DNA of 64,000 bases from Kondoa subrosea (lineage: Eukaryota), in assembly GCA_039545335.1 (NCBI GenBank), contig BCIN01000001.1:2731136-2795135 (forward strand), in the 5' to 3' direction. The notes under the pieces are model-generated. The model searched no databases, was not told the DNA's origin, and saw only the letters and a list, made by a program, of their open reading frames with translations. Shown piece by piece: positions 13,617 through 25,930 of this stretch; positions within the stretch are counted from its first letter, which is position 1, and each line of letters begins with the position of its first letter. The translations under genes were made by a program, and so were the position numbers.

Positions 13617-14328
13617 CGCTCAAGTGCAGAGCGATTGCACGCTCTCACGGCCCAAAGTTGACAGAACAGGCGATGCTTGTTATTATGCAACCAGGATCTC
13701 TCTGTGTTTCTCTGAGCTCTTGCTGTCGTTGTCAGATTGAACAGTGAAGGACAGGCAGCAATGTGCGAGCAGCAAGTCTCGGCAAATCTTGGTCGTATAC
13801 AGAAAGAGCAAGACCCAATTGGAAGGATTACAGGAGGAGCTCGCAGGAAGCTCATTAAGCACTCAATGGGAAGACAGTGTTACTGCAGCGAGCACAGCGA
13901 AGGCATGACCAGCGTTATCTAGGAGCGAGAAGGCACAACTCTAGATGTTGGCATCTGCGATAGTCTTATGCTATAAGCTATGCATACCATGTCCTGCTCT
14001 GCTTCTCATTAACATATTCCGTGTCTCTGTATGCTGTTTTGAATCATCCTCACGAATGCCTTGCAATCCCCTTTGTTCTTATCGGCCTGGCCAGTGACGA
14101 GAATAGGTTGGATTATGTTCATTACCGGTCAAGAGCTCTTCTTCTATCGAGGCTCTACTCTTGCTGCTTTCACACGGATCGTCTATCCACCACGTTCCTT
14201 TCGTTAGAAGTAGCCTGTCTGCCTGGAATCTATCAAGAAGGCCTTTATTCTTCAAGGTGCTAGGCAGCCGCGGGATTGACGGCCTCTACCTGATATTCAA
14301 GACTGCAACTCTCCCTCTTAGATGATTG

Positions 14329-16432
14329 ATGGCCGACCCGTTCATTCTTGTTGGTTCAGCTATTTGCATAGTTGCCCTGCTTGTGCGTTCTCGCTCTTCC
14401 CACAAGCCTGAACTGACTCAGCTATGACTGTACAGTACCCATCGCCGCTATGGTTCATTCTCATCCATCGAATCTCAGCGCCTCTTTGCCTCTTGATCTG
14501 GCTGATTATCCTCAATGGGATGACATTCATCAATGGCATCGTCTGGGCATCTTCCGATACGATCCAAGGTTCCTTCTGGTGCGATATATCCAGTAAAATG
14601 ATCTTGGTTGGCCCTATCGGTTTGTCTTGCAGTATTTACGCAATCGCATACTATATCGCAAGAAGTATGAGAAGTACAAGTAAACTTGGCAGCACAGATC
14701 AAAAAGCGACAAAATGGTTCGACTACCTCTTCTCCTTCGCTCTACCTTTTCTTCTAGCCATCTTATCATTCATCTATTCACCAGCAAGGTTCACAATCGC
14801 TCAATCTATAGGTTGTCAACCTTCTCTCGTCGTCTCAACACCTTTCATTCTCCTCTATATCGCATTCGCACCAGTCATATCATTCTTAACATTCCTCATG
14901 TCACTGTATATTGGATTTCAACTCATCTCTAAAAGAAGACATATTGCTAGATTAGCTCGACCTGCCGAAAACACCTTCTCAGCACCTTGGTTCGTCAAGT
15001 TGGGCGTACTTGTCGTCATGCTTGGTCCAGTGAGCTTTGCTTTTGCTATATGGATAGCGGTGCAAACTTTTCAGAGTGAGTTACGTCCAGTAGCGACAGA
15101 AAGCAAGCTTATCAAGAATAAAATAGTATACGGACCATATGAGAAATTCGATTGGGCCACAGTACATGCGGGAGTAAGTTTCTCTTTTGAACGGCTTGAG
15201 AGGTGACTCAATGGATGTTCTAGACCACTGTTGATATCAATCAAGATCCGACTACCAGTCATGCTAGAGCTTGGGCTTGGTTTCCGGTGGTAAGCAATTC
15301 ACATAGCTTTCATGGACGCATTCATTGACATGAAACCCTTCAGGTTGTTGGACTTGTCACAATACTGGTGCTTGGGTAAGCTCTTCAACCACTCGTCGGT
15401 CGCCATCGTCTCATATAAGATATCAGGCCTGGTGCAGAAGTCGGCGAGCAGCTCAAAAGCATAGCAATCTGGCTCAAAATGGACAACTTCTTCGACTACA
15501 CCGATCGATTATCTAGGCGAATGACGGGCCATAATTTTTGGCAAAATCATCACGGTTCTGCGGAAGATCTGATACCTCAGATGAGGACGAGATACGAAGC
15601 GGATGATGACGGAGAATCTTTCATCTCAAAAAGGTCGGTGAATCGCTCCTCTGTTCAGCCTTAGACTGATTCTTTGATTTGATTCTCCGACAGTCCGGCT
15701 GGAAATCAAGCTCTTCCGCTGGACTACTCAAAGCACGCCTCAAGATTCGAAAATCCTTACGGGGACGAAGCTCGCTCAGATATCGGGACGCAAGCTCAGT
15801 CTATACGTCCACCTCGGCCTGTCTATACAGAAGACGTGGAATCTTTAGCCACTATTCCTTATTCACCGCCCGAACAACAATTCTCCCCTTTCGTTACAGA
15901 TAGTAAGAGGCCGCAAAGACCTCCCCGTTCTGATTCTTTGAAATCAAGCCCAAATAGATCTTCGCCCAGTCATTCAGCTCGTCCAACGCTTCTTCGTAAA
16001 CTTAGCTCGTCCTCGAATATGAGTCGCCCTGCTGGCCCTCAACGCCAAGCGAGCGCACCTTCTAGGCCAGAACGAGCACCTTCTACTATTACATCTTCTT
16101 CTCCTCGTCGTCTACAACGCTCGGAATCCTCAAGACAGCTGTCTAACTACGGATCTCCTACTAAGCAACCTCAAACGCCTATCTCTCCCCCACGACAGCG
16201 ATTAGATACTCTGCGACGCAATCCCTCTTCTTCGCAGCAAGTCAAAAGACCGCCTATGGCAAGAACGCAATCATCTCGGAGGAATGTACCAAGTGTCGTC
16301 TCCTCTGTAGCTCCCTCATCGATACTAAAGAGAAGAGATCGAGAGAACGAGCACGAAGAAGCAGCTGCTGCTTGGATAGGTTTGTACAGCACGCCGATAG
16401 ATCAAAGTAATAATAGAGTTTCGTTTGTATGA
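14329..16432 (+). CDS. STE3: STE3-family pheromone-receptor-like GPCR with a long Ser/Pro/Arg-rich C-terminal tail
   Basis: Seven hydrophobic segments with STE3 motifs INGIVW...FWCDISSKM and RFTIAQSIGCQP. Exons splice in frame from MADPFILVG (14329) through to ORF 15836-16432. Confidence 0.85.
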
Positions 16433-16507
16433 AATAGACAGGACATGTAGAATACGCAAACTCACAAATGCATTGAATGCTACAAATGAGATGATACAAT
16501 GATGCGT

Positions 16508-17758
16508 CTAAGCCCGAGTGCCAACTTTCATATTCCATGCTTCCTTCTCGTGACTCTTAATGAATTTGGGAGCGATGCTTGCTCCTCCTTTAACTCTTCG
16601 TGCTAGCCTTTCCTTGTCTTCCAATTCCGCCGCTGCTCTATCTTCCACCTCTTGCTTGGCTAGTCGGTCGGCTCTCGAGCTTGATATTTGTGCAGCAGAA
16701 GCAGTCATAGCAGCCAACCGGGCTTCTCTTTCTTCTGCTGTCGGACCGGCTGGCGGAACATATGTATCATGACGGGGAGGTCTTCGATCATCATGATAGG
16801 AGCGTGGTCTATCATCGTACGAAGGACGAGACCGCGGAGGAGAACGAGAACGTCTGCGAGGCGGAGGAGAGCGTGAACGTGATCTTCTGGACATGGAGCG
16901 ATCTTCTTCTCTTCGTTCGTGCTTCCTACGCTTCCTTTCTGCTCGCTCTTCGTCATCCTCGTCTCTATGTTTGTGCTTCGACTTCTTCTCTTTCTTACTT
17001 CCACCTTGAGCTGCTTCTCTAGCATCACGTAATTCCTTTAGCTTCCTCGGATTCTTCATCAGCTCCTCGTAAGCTTTCTGCTCCTGCCTCTTGATTGCTA
17101 ATAAGGGATCTTCACGAATCTTAGAAGCCATATCGCGCATACTAGCTGGATTATTGCCCAAAGCTTGGAAATTGCCTGGAGTGACTGCTTGACTGCTTGA
17201 GTTGGATGAAGCATTGGCTAGCGCTTCCATCTGGCGACTGATCTCAGCTTGACATAATGCGCAACACGACAGAACATACCTTCGCTCTGTCTTTATCCTT
17301 AAATAGCTGTTCCACACTCTTCTTGCCTAACAAGTACTGCTCCAGCTCTCCTTCATTTTGACCAGATCCAGAAGCAGGAGCCGCATAGAGCCAATCCACC
17401 CTCTCCTCTCTTTTGCCTCCCAATTTCTGAAGCTCTTCTATTTGACGCTCTTCCGCTTTCTCTTTCAGCAGCTGAGCCGTTCGCTTGCGTTCATCTATAG
17501 CTTTACGTTCCTCTTTCCATACTCGCTCCTGATTTTTGATGAGCTGTAAGAAAAGATTATATCAGTATCTGCACGAAAAGCTGGCATCTGGAAGCACTGA
17601 CCAATGGATGCCATGACTTCTTGAGATCTAAGCGCAGCGAGCATCAGTACACCGTATAGATTAGATGAAGGAGGAAACTGACTGAGATCGCCTATATTCC
17701 ACCAAAACGGTCAGATAACGGCTAGAATGGACAAGATAGCAAGCTTACCTCCACCCAT
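16508..17758 (-). CDS. CWC25: Pre-mRNA splicing factor Cwc25
   Basis: Small exons assemble MGGGDLNLKKSWHPL|LIKNQERVWKEE; also VDWLYAAP, KIREDPLLAIKRQEQ and an RS-rich tail. Confidence 0.92.
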
Positions 17759-18060
17759 GATGTTCTAGAGTATAGGGACGAGTGTACAGAGGGTAGACAG
17801 GCCGACAGATGATGCGACCAGTTCGAGATTTGAAACGCAGGAGAAACGCTGGAATCCAAGCGAAGCGAGCTGATATTCAAACAGCTGGGTATTGGACAGA
17901 GCCGGTATGCCTGTCGCTGGTATGCTTAGCGAGATTGAGCGGTATTTGGTGGTCTGAAAGCGAAAGTCACGGAATGTCAAAACTCGAGGTGGCGTGGTTG
18001 CCTCTCGAACAAAGTGTTGCATGACTACAGGACACCAGAGTGCAACACATCACTCGTTCC

Positions 18061-20083
18061 CTACCTTTGACTATCAAGGGAAGAAGAAGAAGGGATCTGC
18101 TCTTGATCTTGAGCTGATTTACGGGAATTATAGTTCATAGCTTGAGCCAGCTCAGGATATTCCTGCACCACCAAATCGCACAACTCAGGGTAAGGATATT
18201 TCTCTGTAGGGTAGGTCTGAGATGAGCAAACACAATGCATCAAAGACAAGACTCGTCGACGTACCATTTATCTTTTGTCGAAGTGCCTCGCTGCATGCTA
18301 CTACTCGATCAGAGTCGCCAGGTTTGGGCGCGATGCAATTCGTGTCTTGAGCGATGCAGCAACAAAGAGTTTTGCTTGCAATGGTAAGGTAGCATGCACC
18401 AAAGATACTGGGAATGAGCAGTCCAGCGAGCACAGATAGGGTTATCAGAACACTGCTTAAGCAATTAGCTATATCTATGTGATGCTGGAACTGTCGCCTA
18501 CATAAAAGTCGGTTGATCTGTCTTGTAGAAATCTGCAGGTTTGACAGCAGCAATAATCGCCCACATGGTCAGTCCTGATGCTATGGCAATGATCAAGCAA
18601 ACGCCGCTCCAGGCCTGTTCGCGTGATATTCAGCAACATAACTGAGGGCTTTAGCACTGCCTCTTACAGTGTTGATCAGGCCATCCGCTATAATCGTTTG
18701 CATTCCTCTAATATAAAACAAAGCCATAACCAGTTTAGCCAACTTCTTGTAGCTTCTTCCAGTCAAAGCGATATACGTAAAGACGAAGTCATTGATATAC
18801 TCGAACAAGTCTTGCAAATATCCACACAGACAGCTGTCTTCCCCAGCGATCGACTTTACAAAGCCAATCACTACGCCGAGCAGACTGCCTAAAGCTACTG
18901 AACCAATCGAACTGTAGAAACCAATAGCAGCAGCTTGGGAGAAAGATTTATAGCAATTCTCATAGCCCGATTCTATATCTCGAGAACTCTTAGCCGATTG
19001 CTTCTTCTTCGTTCCGGCCTTGAAAGCACTGGCATACAGACCAATCTGGGTAACTTGAAATCCTCCTCGAATAGTACTGCTAGTCCAACTGGCAGTGAAG
19101 AGCAGGCCACATAGAGCTGCAATTGGTTTCCATACAGCCGTGCAGCCACTATTGTTTCCATTTGCGAGACAACGATCTGGCCATAAAGTGAGGACTAGAC
19201 CGATGCTTCCCGAACAGGTACAGCATAGTAGCAGAGTATCAACCAATAGAGCAAGAATGACTACGACGGTGATGGAGGTGCGAGACTTTGTTCGAAGACT
19301 GTTCAATTCTCAGGAAATCTGTGGTAATCATGGTGCAATGCTTACATGATCAGCTCTAGCATGAGCGCAGATCGCTGTATATCGTTCTTGCGACAAAAGA
19401 TGATATACTAACATAGCTTTTTGGACATATGTACCGGATTGGTTGCGACCGACGCACGATTTGTATTAGCGCAGAAAAGGCGCATATTCCAGCAACAATC
19501 GCGGCTGTCTAGACTCAGCAATTCACCATCAGACAAGCAATGGCGCTCACCATCTTGCTTTTTCGGTATTAGCACCAGCGCACCGCCTGCTATTGCGATG
19601 CTCAGCAAAACAGAAAGCCATAGCGATATGTAGATGAAAGCCTTGGCGAAAGCCCTGACTAGGGCGATGAAAATGAGAGTCACAACAAAGATACCGGCGG
19701 CGATATAGAGCAAATAAAACAGCAAATGTTTGTTATTGGTCAAAATCTTCTCGACGCTATTCAATTGAGCGTTGAGCTGAGCTTCGGAATCAGGTGACAG
19801 GTCCAGTTTCTTGTCTGAAATAGCGCCAAGGAGGCTGACAGTACCATATCCAGTAAGACCAAGGTAAGCAGCAAAGTTCAGCAGAAAGGCAAAAGCGAAG
19901 AGTTTCTTTGCAAGTTATATGACTTCAGCAATCGTCGACATGCAAGAGATAGCAGCGTACGTCCTGTATAGGTCTCTGGGCAGGCTCGCCGCTGTTCCCC
20001 AGATCTTGAACCAGATTTTCGTGATAATCTGCAAGCGTTCCAAGAACTTTCTTCCGAATCTTGTCGAGCAATGCAGGACCCAT
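18061..20083 (-). CDS. PNS1: Choline transporter-like (CTL/SLC44, Pns1-type) multi-pass membrane protein
   Basis: RPIQD|KLFAFAFLLNF, many TM helices, YSSIGSVALGSLL, CLCGYLQDLFEYINDFVFTYIALTGRSY and GMQTIIADGLI. Confidence 0.75.
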
Positions 20084-20799
20084 GACGGGCGATTGACCTG
20101 AAGCAAAAGTTTGGAGACGAGAGAAGAGCCAGAACATGGGGGCTCTGAAATCTTGAGAACAAGAAAGGGCTTCTGTTCGATCAACAGGCCAATATCGACG
20201 GACTCGCAGTAGTGATAATGATTGGCATCATGCGAGCATGTGCAACTAAGAGCTAAATCCTCGGCTGAAGTCTTGCTGCGGTTCAGATTCGCCAAGTTCG
20301 AAGGACGGAACTGATTGACCTCTATCCGCGATGCTGCTCTGCTGGCAACAACGGCGATATGATGTCTGGTGATATCGACGTCCTGAACATCTGGATGCGC
20401 ATACAGCAACTCTTCAATCTGTTTCAAGTCAAGTTGTCAACAGAGTTCGAATTTTGGACGAGTTTACCAGATCCTCTTTGGCGGATGCAGGCTTGCTGTC
20501 CTTGTACAGCTGCTAGCTGGAGGCTTGCTAAGCGCGACGCTGTGCTGTTTTCCATTCCTTGTTTAAGTTCTTGCTTACGTTATCATGCAATCACTCTGCT
20601 TTCCTTGTCTTATGGCCTGAACGTTGCCTTGGAGAACTGTTTTTCCATGACTGCCATGCCTTCCGCCCGCTGATAGCAAGCAGCGCTATATATAGCTGAT
20701 GGGCTGCCATACAAGAACGTTCTCTATGACGTTGTACCGTACGAAGCCTCATATGACTGTTCCTGCTCTTCTTTGCTCGGTGCTGCGCCAAAGACCGAA

Positions 20800-23698
20800 A
20801 TGGCTCAGTATTTGGAACGTCCGGGTTTAGCGCCGGCTATTCGCAGAGAAACGGAATTGCCTTCTGGTGCAGAGCTAGACAAAGCCTTGGAGTCTATTGT
20901 TCTGCCTGCTGATTCTTACAAAGATGGTGTCTACTGGTGAGCTTCTCCTTTGGTGCCGTCAAGTGCTGTTTTGAGCGAATGATACCAGGGCTGATCTTCC
21001 AAGAAAAGAGCGCTGGTCTTGGATTACTGCTCAAAACAATGCCGAAACGAAGAACGAGCTCAAAGAACTGTGGTCGATCTTCAAAGAAGATCCTATTGAA
21101 CCGCTTCGAATCTATTTCCGCAAATATGTTATCACTGGTTTAGGGTAAGCTCTCTCTTAGGTTTCTCAGTGGTGCAGGCTTAGTACTACACAGGCTCTTC
21201 GTAGAAGGGTATACGTTGTTCAGCATAGGTAATTTAAGCTCCCTCTTCAAGGCTGTCTGGCCTGCATGCTGGAGTACGTCGTCTTCACGTTGATTTCCGT
21301 AAATTTCCGGTTTGCTCATGCTTTGTGCACTAGAAACGTTCAGAGTCTGCAACGCAACTTGGGTAGCTGCAGTCGACGTCAGTAGATACTCTTGGCTAGC
21401 TAGTGCAAAGTCAGCTCACTCTCAATTGTCGATTTGCAGTATCTCGAAATTATCGGTATCATCTGTGGTCAAATCATTGTGGGAATTGAAGCCGACTTCG
21501 TCGGGCGGCGCTTCGGCTCTATTCAGGATGCTGTCTTATTGGTGTGTATGGAGTTCCTTCCACTAGCTAATTCGACTCATTCGACTAATCCCCCAGTCTC
21601 TCGGTACTGCAATGCTCATAGCAGCATGGGGCGTGAATCTCAATGGCTGGGTCATTTGCTATGCTTGGTCTCTTTTCGTTTGTGCGTTCAGAATTGATTT
21701 ATCTCTGCTCGAATCTAACATCTAAGAGCAAAACAGATGGTGTGGGAGTTGGAGTGTGTATTCCTTCTATGTACTTAGAAGACACTCAGCTCAATTTTCT
21801 TGTTATTCCAGGGAGAATATCCCATTACTGGCACTCGTGCGCTTGAGCAAAGCGGATCTGGTTTCGATGCACAAAAGGAAGATAAGCTTCACCGTGGTCG
21901 TAATCTGGTGTTGGCTTTCTTGATGCAAGGCTGGGGTCAATTGTGCGTTTCTCATGCAATCAAATTACAATTTGACCGATAATTACCGACAGGTTCAATC
22001 AAGGAATTCTCATCATCCTTCTGCTCATCTTCAACGGTGGTGCCAATCCACCATATTCCAAGACAACCGCACAATGGACCTATCGCTTGTCCTTCGCTTT
22101 CGTCTTGGTTTTGACGCTCTGGCTTCTTTACTACCGTGTATACAAAACTCGCAACACGTTCGATAACGTCATTTCCAAGGCCAAGAAGCGCGGCGGTGTC
22201 ACTGGTTACGACACAGAATCATTGAAGCTGGCTACTTCTGTAGGTGACGCTGTCTTCTACTTCAATACATGCTGAATTTCGTGTAATACAGCACTATGGC
22301 GGGAGAATTCTTGCAACGGCTGGTACTTGGTTCGCAAAGTATGTCTATCTTCCGAGTAATTATGCCTGTTGCTCATGACTTCTGCTACTTGCTTACAGTG
22401 ACTTTTTCTTCTGTTTGTCATTTTTCACTCGAAACGGTCAAGCTCTAAGTTCTCTCTGTAGATGGTAATAAGCTCTTCCAAAGCAACTTCATCAAGGTCA
22501 TTGCTCCCAGGTCTAATCTGACCACTGGATGGCTCTACAATCTGATCAATATCGTCAGTCCGAAGCTAACTGACTTCCAATCAACTAACATGTTCTTGAT
22601 AGGGAGTTCAACTTGTAGGATATTACCTTGCAGCTCTTTTGATTGATCACAAGATGTATGGTCGAGTGAGGATGCAAAGCGTCGGATTCTTCTTCATGTA
22701 GGTTTCCATATAAGTTCTTTCCATGACAGCAATCTAAATACAATTGGCAGGTTTTTGTGTTTCATCATACCTGCGGCCGACTATCAGGGTTTGACTACAC
22801 CTGGGGCAATCCACGTCTTCCAATTCTTATACTACATGTCTTCTTTCTTTAATCAATTTGGTCCCAACTGCGTTTCCTTTTTGGTAGCTGCCGAGGTTTA
22901 TCCCGCTTCAATTCGTGGAACATGTCATGGTATCAGTGCAGCGTCAGGCAAGCTCGGAGCTCTAGCACCTGCTATCCTTTATAACTATATCGGAGTATGT
23001 TCTCACTCGCGGGCCGGTCATCTAATGGCTCAATGTTGCTCTGGTGCGCCGTAGACTCAGACGCGGTTTTGGGTTGTACCTTGGTGAGCTAAACCGGTTT
23101 AGCGTGCAAACTCTCTAACTCATGTCTATGTTACAGGTTCGGCATCCTTGGCTTCGTTCTCACCGTAGTCTTTATGCCCGACACGTCCGTAATTCTATCC
23201 ATGGCTGTTTACACCGCTCACGTCTTTTGTCTTGATAGTACCGGCCTCGACCTGAAAGAGCAGGAAAGATACTGGACTTTCGTTCGCGCCGGTCGAGAGA
23301 AGGACTATCATGGAGTTGCTGTACATCCAAGGCATTTATCTTTATGGTGAGCCATCCTGCCAGCTTTAGGACCCAGACTCGTTAACACTCGATCTAGGGA
23401 GCACCTTGTACTTAAGCGAAGCAAGTACTATGATCCCGTTCAAGACCGTCAAATGAAGATGGACGAGCTGCGATCTCTATACGACAAGGTATCTTCGCGC
23501 AAAGAACATGCAGGAAACGAAGTGGCAGACGAAATGTATGACGCTTCTGACGCGTCCTTCGTGTCGGAAGCCATTTCAAATTACTTCAACAAGGACAAAA
23601 AGCGCATCGATAGCGACAGAATGTCAGGAGAGACTGCTGTCGGAAGAAAGGAAGAGAAGATCAACAAGGAAGTCGCTCCTGGAGCAGATCAAGCTTAA
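20800..23698 (+). CDS. MFS inorganic phosphate:H+ symporter (PHO84-like), many small exons
   Basis: GLGLFVEGYTLFSIG, ADFVGRR, GVGVGGEYP, HRGRNLVLAFLMQGWGQ, AGTWFANDFFFYGN and FNQFGPNCVSFLVAAEVYPASIRGTCHGISAASGKLGA. Confidence 0.88.
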
Positions 23699-23885
23699 TC
23701 AAGGTCAACATCGGGTTCGCTAAACTTCTGATTCATGCTTAAAATAATATAGACTTGTACATAATACATGCAGATCTGCTTAGCTACTTAAACTGTGAAT
23801 ATATGTTGACTTTCGCTTAGCAGTAGCGCTTGACGTTTAAATCTAGGGTTTATTGACGACCTATCTCGCTTGGTACGTACATTGG

Positions 23886-25725
23886 CTAAAAATCGAGCTC
23901 GTCAACATTCAAAGCCTTCCAACCCTCGTTCTCGCTGTCCCAATCATCGTCTCCGCTTATGATATCCTCTTCTTCTTTCCCATAATCCTCGTCTTCATCC
24001 TCTTCCGCTTCAGATTGATCATCCTCCAGATCTTCCAGTCCACTAGCCCTAGCTTTCTTTTGCATACTAGGTTCTTGCAAGATCTGCTGAACAAGCAATT
24101 TCTTTTGGTTGGCCAGCGCAAGCCGATGTCTCTTTGTAGGCGAAGTTTTCCCTCCGATAGACAGCAGATTAGCCAAATGTTCAGGTAATCCATTCGAGTC
24201 TCCATCCATATCTTCATCTTCTTTAGGCATAGATCGAGTTGGATCTTGACCTGGGTAAGAAGCAGGAACGTATTCGTCATCCCATTCCCAATCATCCAAC
24301 TCTTCATCGTCTTCTCCTTCTTCATTCTCATCTTGATCCATTTTATCTTTTTGCTGAGTAACAACATTTTTGAAAGACTTCTTCCTGCTGTTTCCGCCCC
24401 AAGGTTTATGTGAACTGATCTTTATGGGTCTGAAGTTACCTGAATTGTCTTCTAGCTCGATCAAATATCCACCGTCTTCTGTAGGTACATGAGGCCTTTG
24501 TATGGGTTCTTCTTCGTCTTCTTCAGGTGCATCAGCGAGTTTGGATGTAGAAGCTTTTGGTTTAGATAGACGAGGTTTCTTAGCTTTCCGCGCGACTGCA
24601 GCTGCAGGAGGTTGATCTGCAGTTTTGGGATCATTGAATGAAACGGTTGGTGCTAAACTTGCTGCTCTTTTCTTTGGGTTACCATTTATGACAGGAACAG
24701 AAGGGGGAGGAGGTAAGAAAGTATCTTTGCCGAAAGTAAGTTTGGATTGCTTGAGGTGTTGTACTTGTACTTGAGGTTTCAATTCTGCATCTTCTGCAAA
24801 CAAAGCACGAAAAGACCGAACTTTGCCATTGACTGCTTTAACTGGCGAAGGACCTAACTCGTCATCGATCTCTGTTCCGGTAGCTTTCTCTTTGCCTTTT
24901 GATACGAGAAGTTCTGGTGCATCTGCTTTGACTGCATTTACTGCTTTGCCCAAAACAGATTTGAGATCCTCATCTATTGACTGATCATTCGGCAGCGGCG
25001 CAGTTGTAGAATTGAAAGCTTGTTTCCAACTTGTTGTTGACGTGGTAGGTGCAGTAGAAAGAGTTGCAGCAGCAGCAGAAGAAGATGGGGGAACTGTACC
25101 GCTCAGCCATTTCCGAGCGGTTGTTCGAGGTGTATCCGCTGGTCTAGCGAATGGATTGTTGCTTTTGACAGGAGAGAGATTCAGCCGATTTGTAGTGGTC
25201 ACTGGTCGAGCATTGGGTGAGCCGATAGCAGAATGAGAAGCGATCATGTCGCGTAATTTGGAAGGCGATTGAGCATATTCAAAGGTCGTGCCATTCTTTG
25301 GCATTGGTTTGGATGTAGAAGAACCTTTCTTAGGCGTGATGAAGACATTCGGAGCCAATTGAGGTGACGCTGGCCGCTTGACAGCTGAAGGCTTCGATGC
25401 GGCTGACTTATTGAGAGGTGAAGGAGCGGCGAAAGGATCCTCAGTCTCTACAGAATTGAAGACCAGCTTCTGAGCTACCAGAGGAGCAGGATTCACAGCT
25501 GTCCCAGAGCTTGCTTGCTTTTGTTTGCCTTTTGAGCTATATGCCTTGTATTTAGCAGCTGTAAGCATACAGAGACGCGTTAATGCTCGTCACTATACAG
25601 ACGCGAGGCCATGATCACTGACCTATGTCAGGTAATGCTTTGATATCCGCCTTGTCTGGATTTCTGCCATGTTGAGCTTTGAAAGATTTCTCGAAAGCCT
25701 TGAGTTCGGCTTTGAGGCTGTCCAT
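23886..25725 (-). CDS. SLD2: DNA replication initiation regulator Sld2/Drc1-like protein
   Basis: Exons 1 and 2 give MDSLKAELKAFEKSFKAQHGRNPDKADIKALPDIAAKYKAYS (Sld2/RecQ4 N-terminal domain). Many CDK-type sites (TPKK, SPSK, SPVK, SPTK) and an acidic tail. Confidence 0.8.
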
Positions 25726-25930
25726 GCTGACTCTACAGGCTGAGCTATATCTTCAGATTGTATCGCATATCGAGTGGCCGAAAAAGATGAAGCTGACTTG
25801 GTCAAAGGTCGCGTGAGATTGAAGATGAACATTGCAGCAGAAATATCATCATACATTCAAACAAGCTCACTCATTCATGCTATATACAATTCGGGACAAA
25901 CACAAGCGCCAAGTCAATCCTTCAGTCCCT

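Noticed and set aside
13737..13922. Small ORF upstream of STE3 as a possible pheromone gene
   Set aside because: It ends in TSVI with no Cys at -4 and has no repeated peptide units.
18061..20083. Fragmented PNS1 ORFs suggesting a pseudogene
   Set aside because: All breaks resolve with canonical GT-AG introns that keep the frame.
19915..20427. 170-aa minus-strand ORF upstream of PNS1
   Set aside because: It overlaps PNS1 exon 1 out of frame, has a non-ATG start and no recognisable domain.
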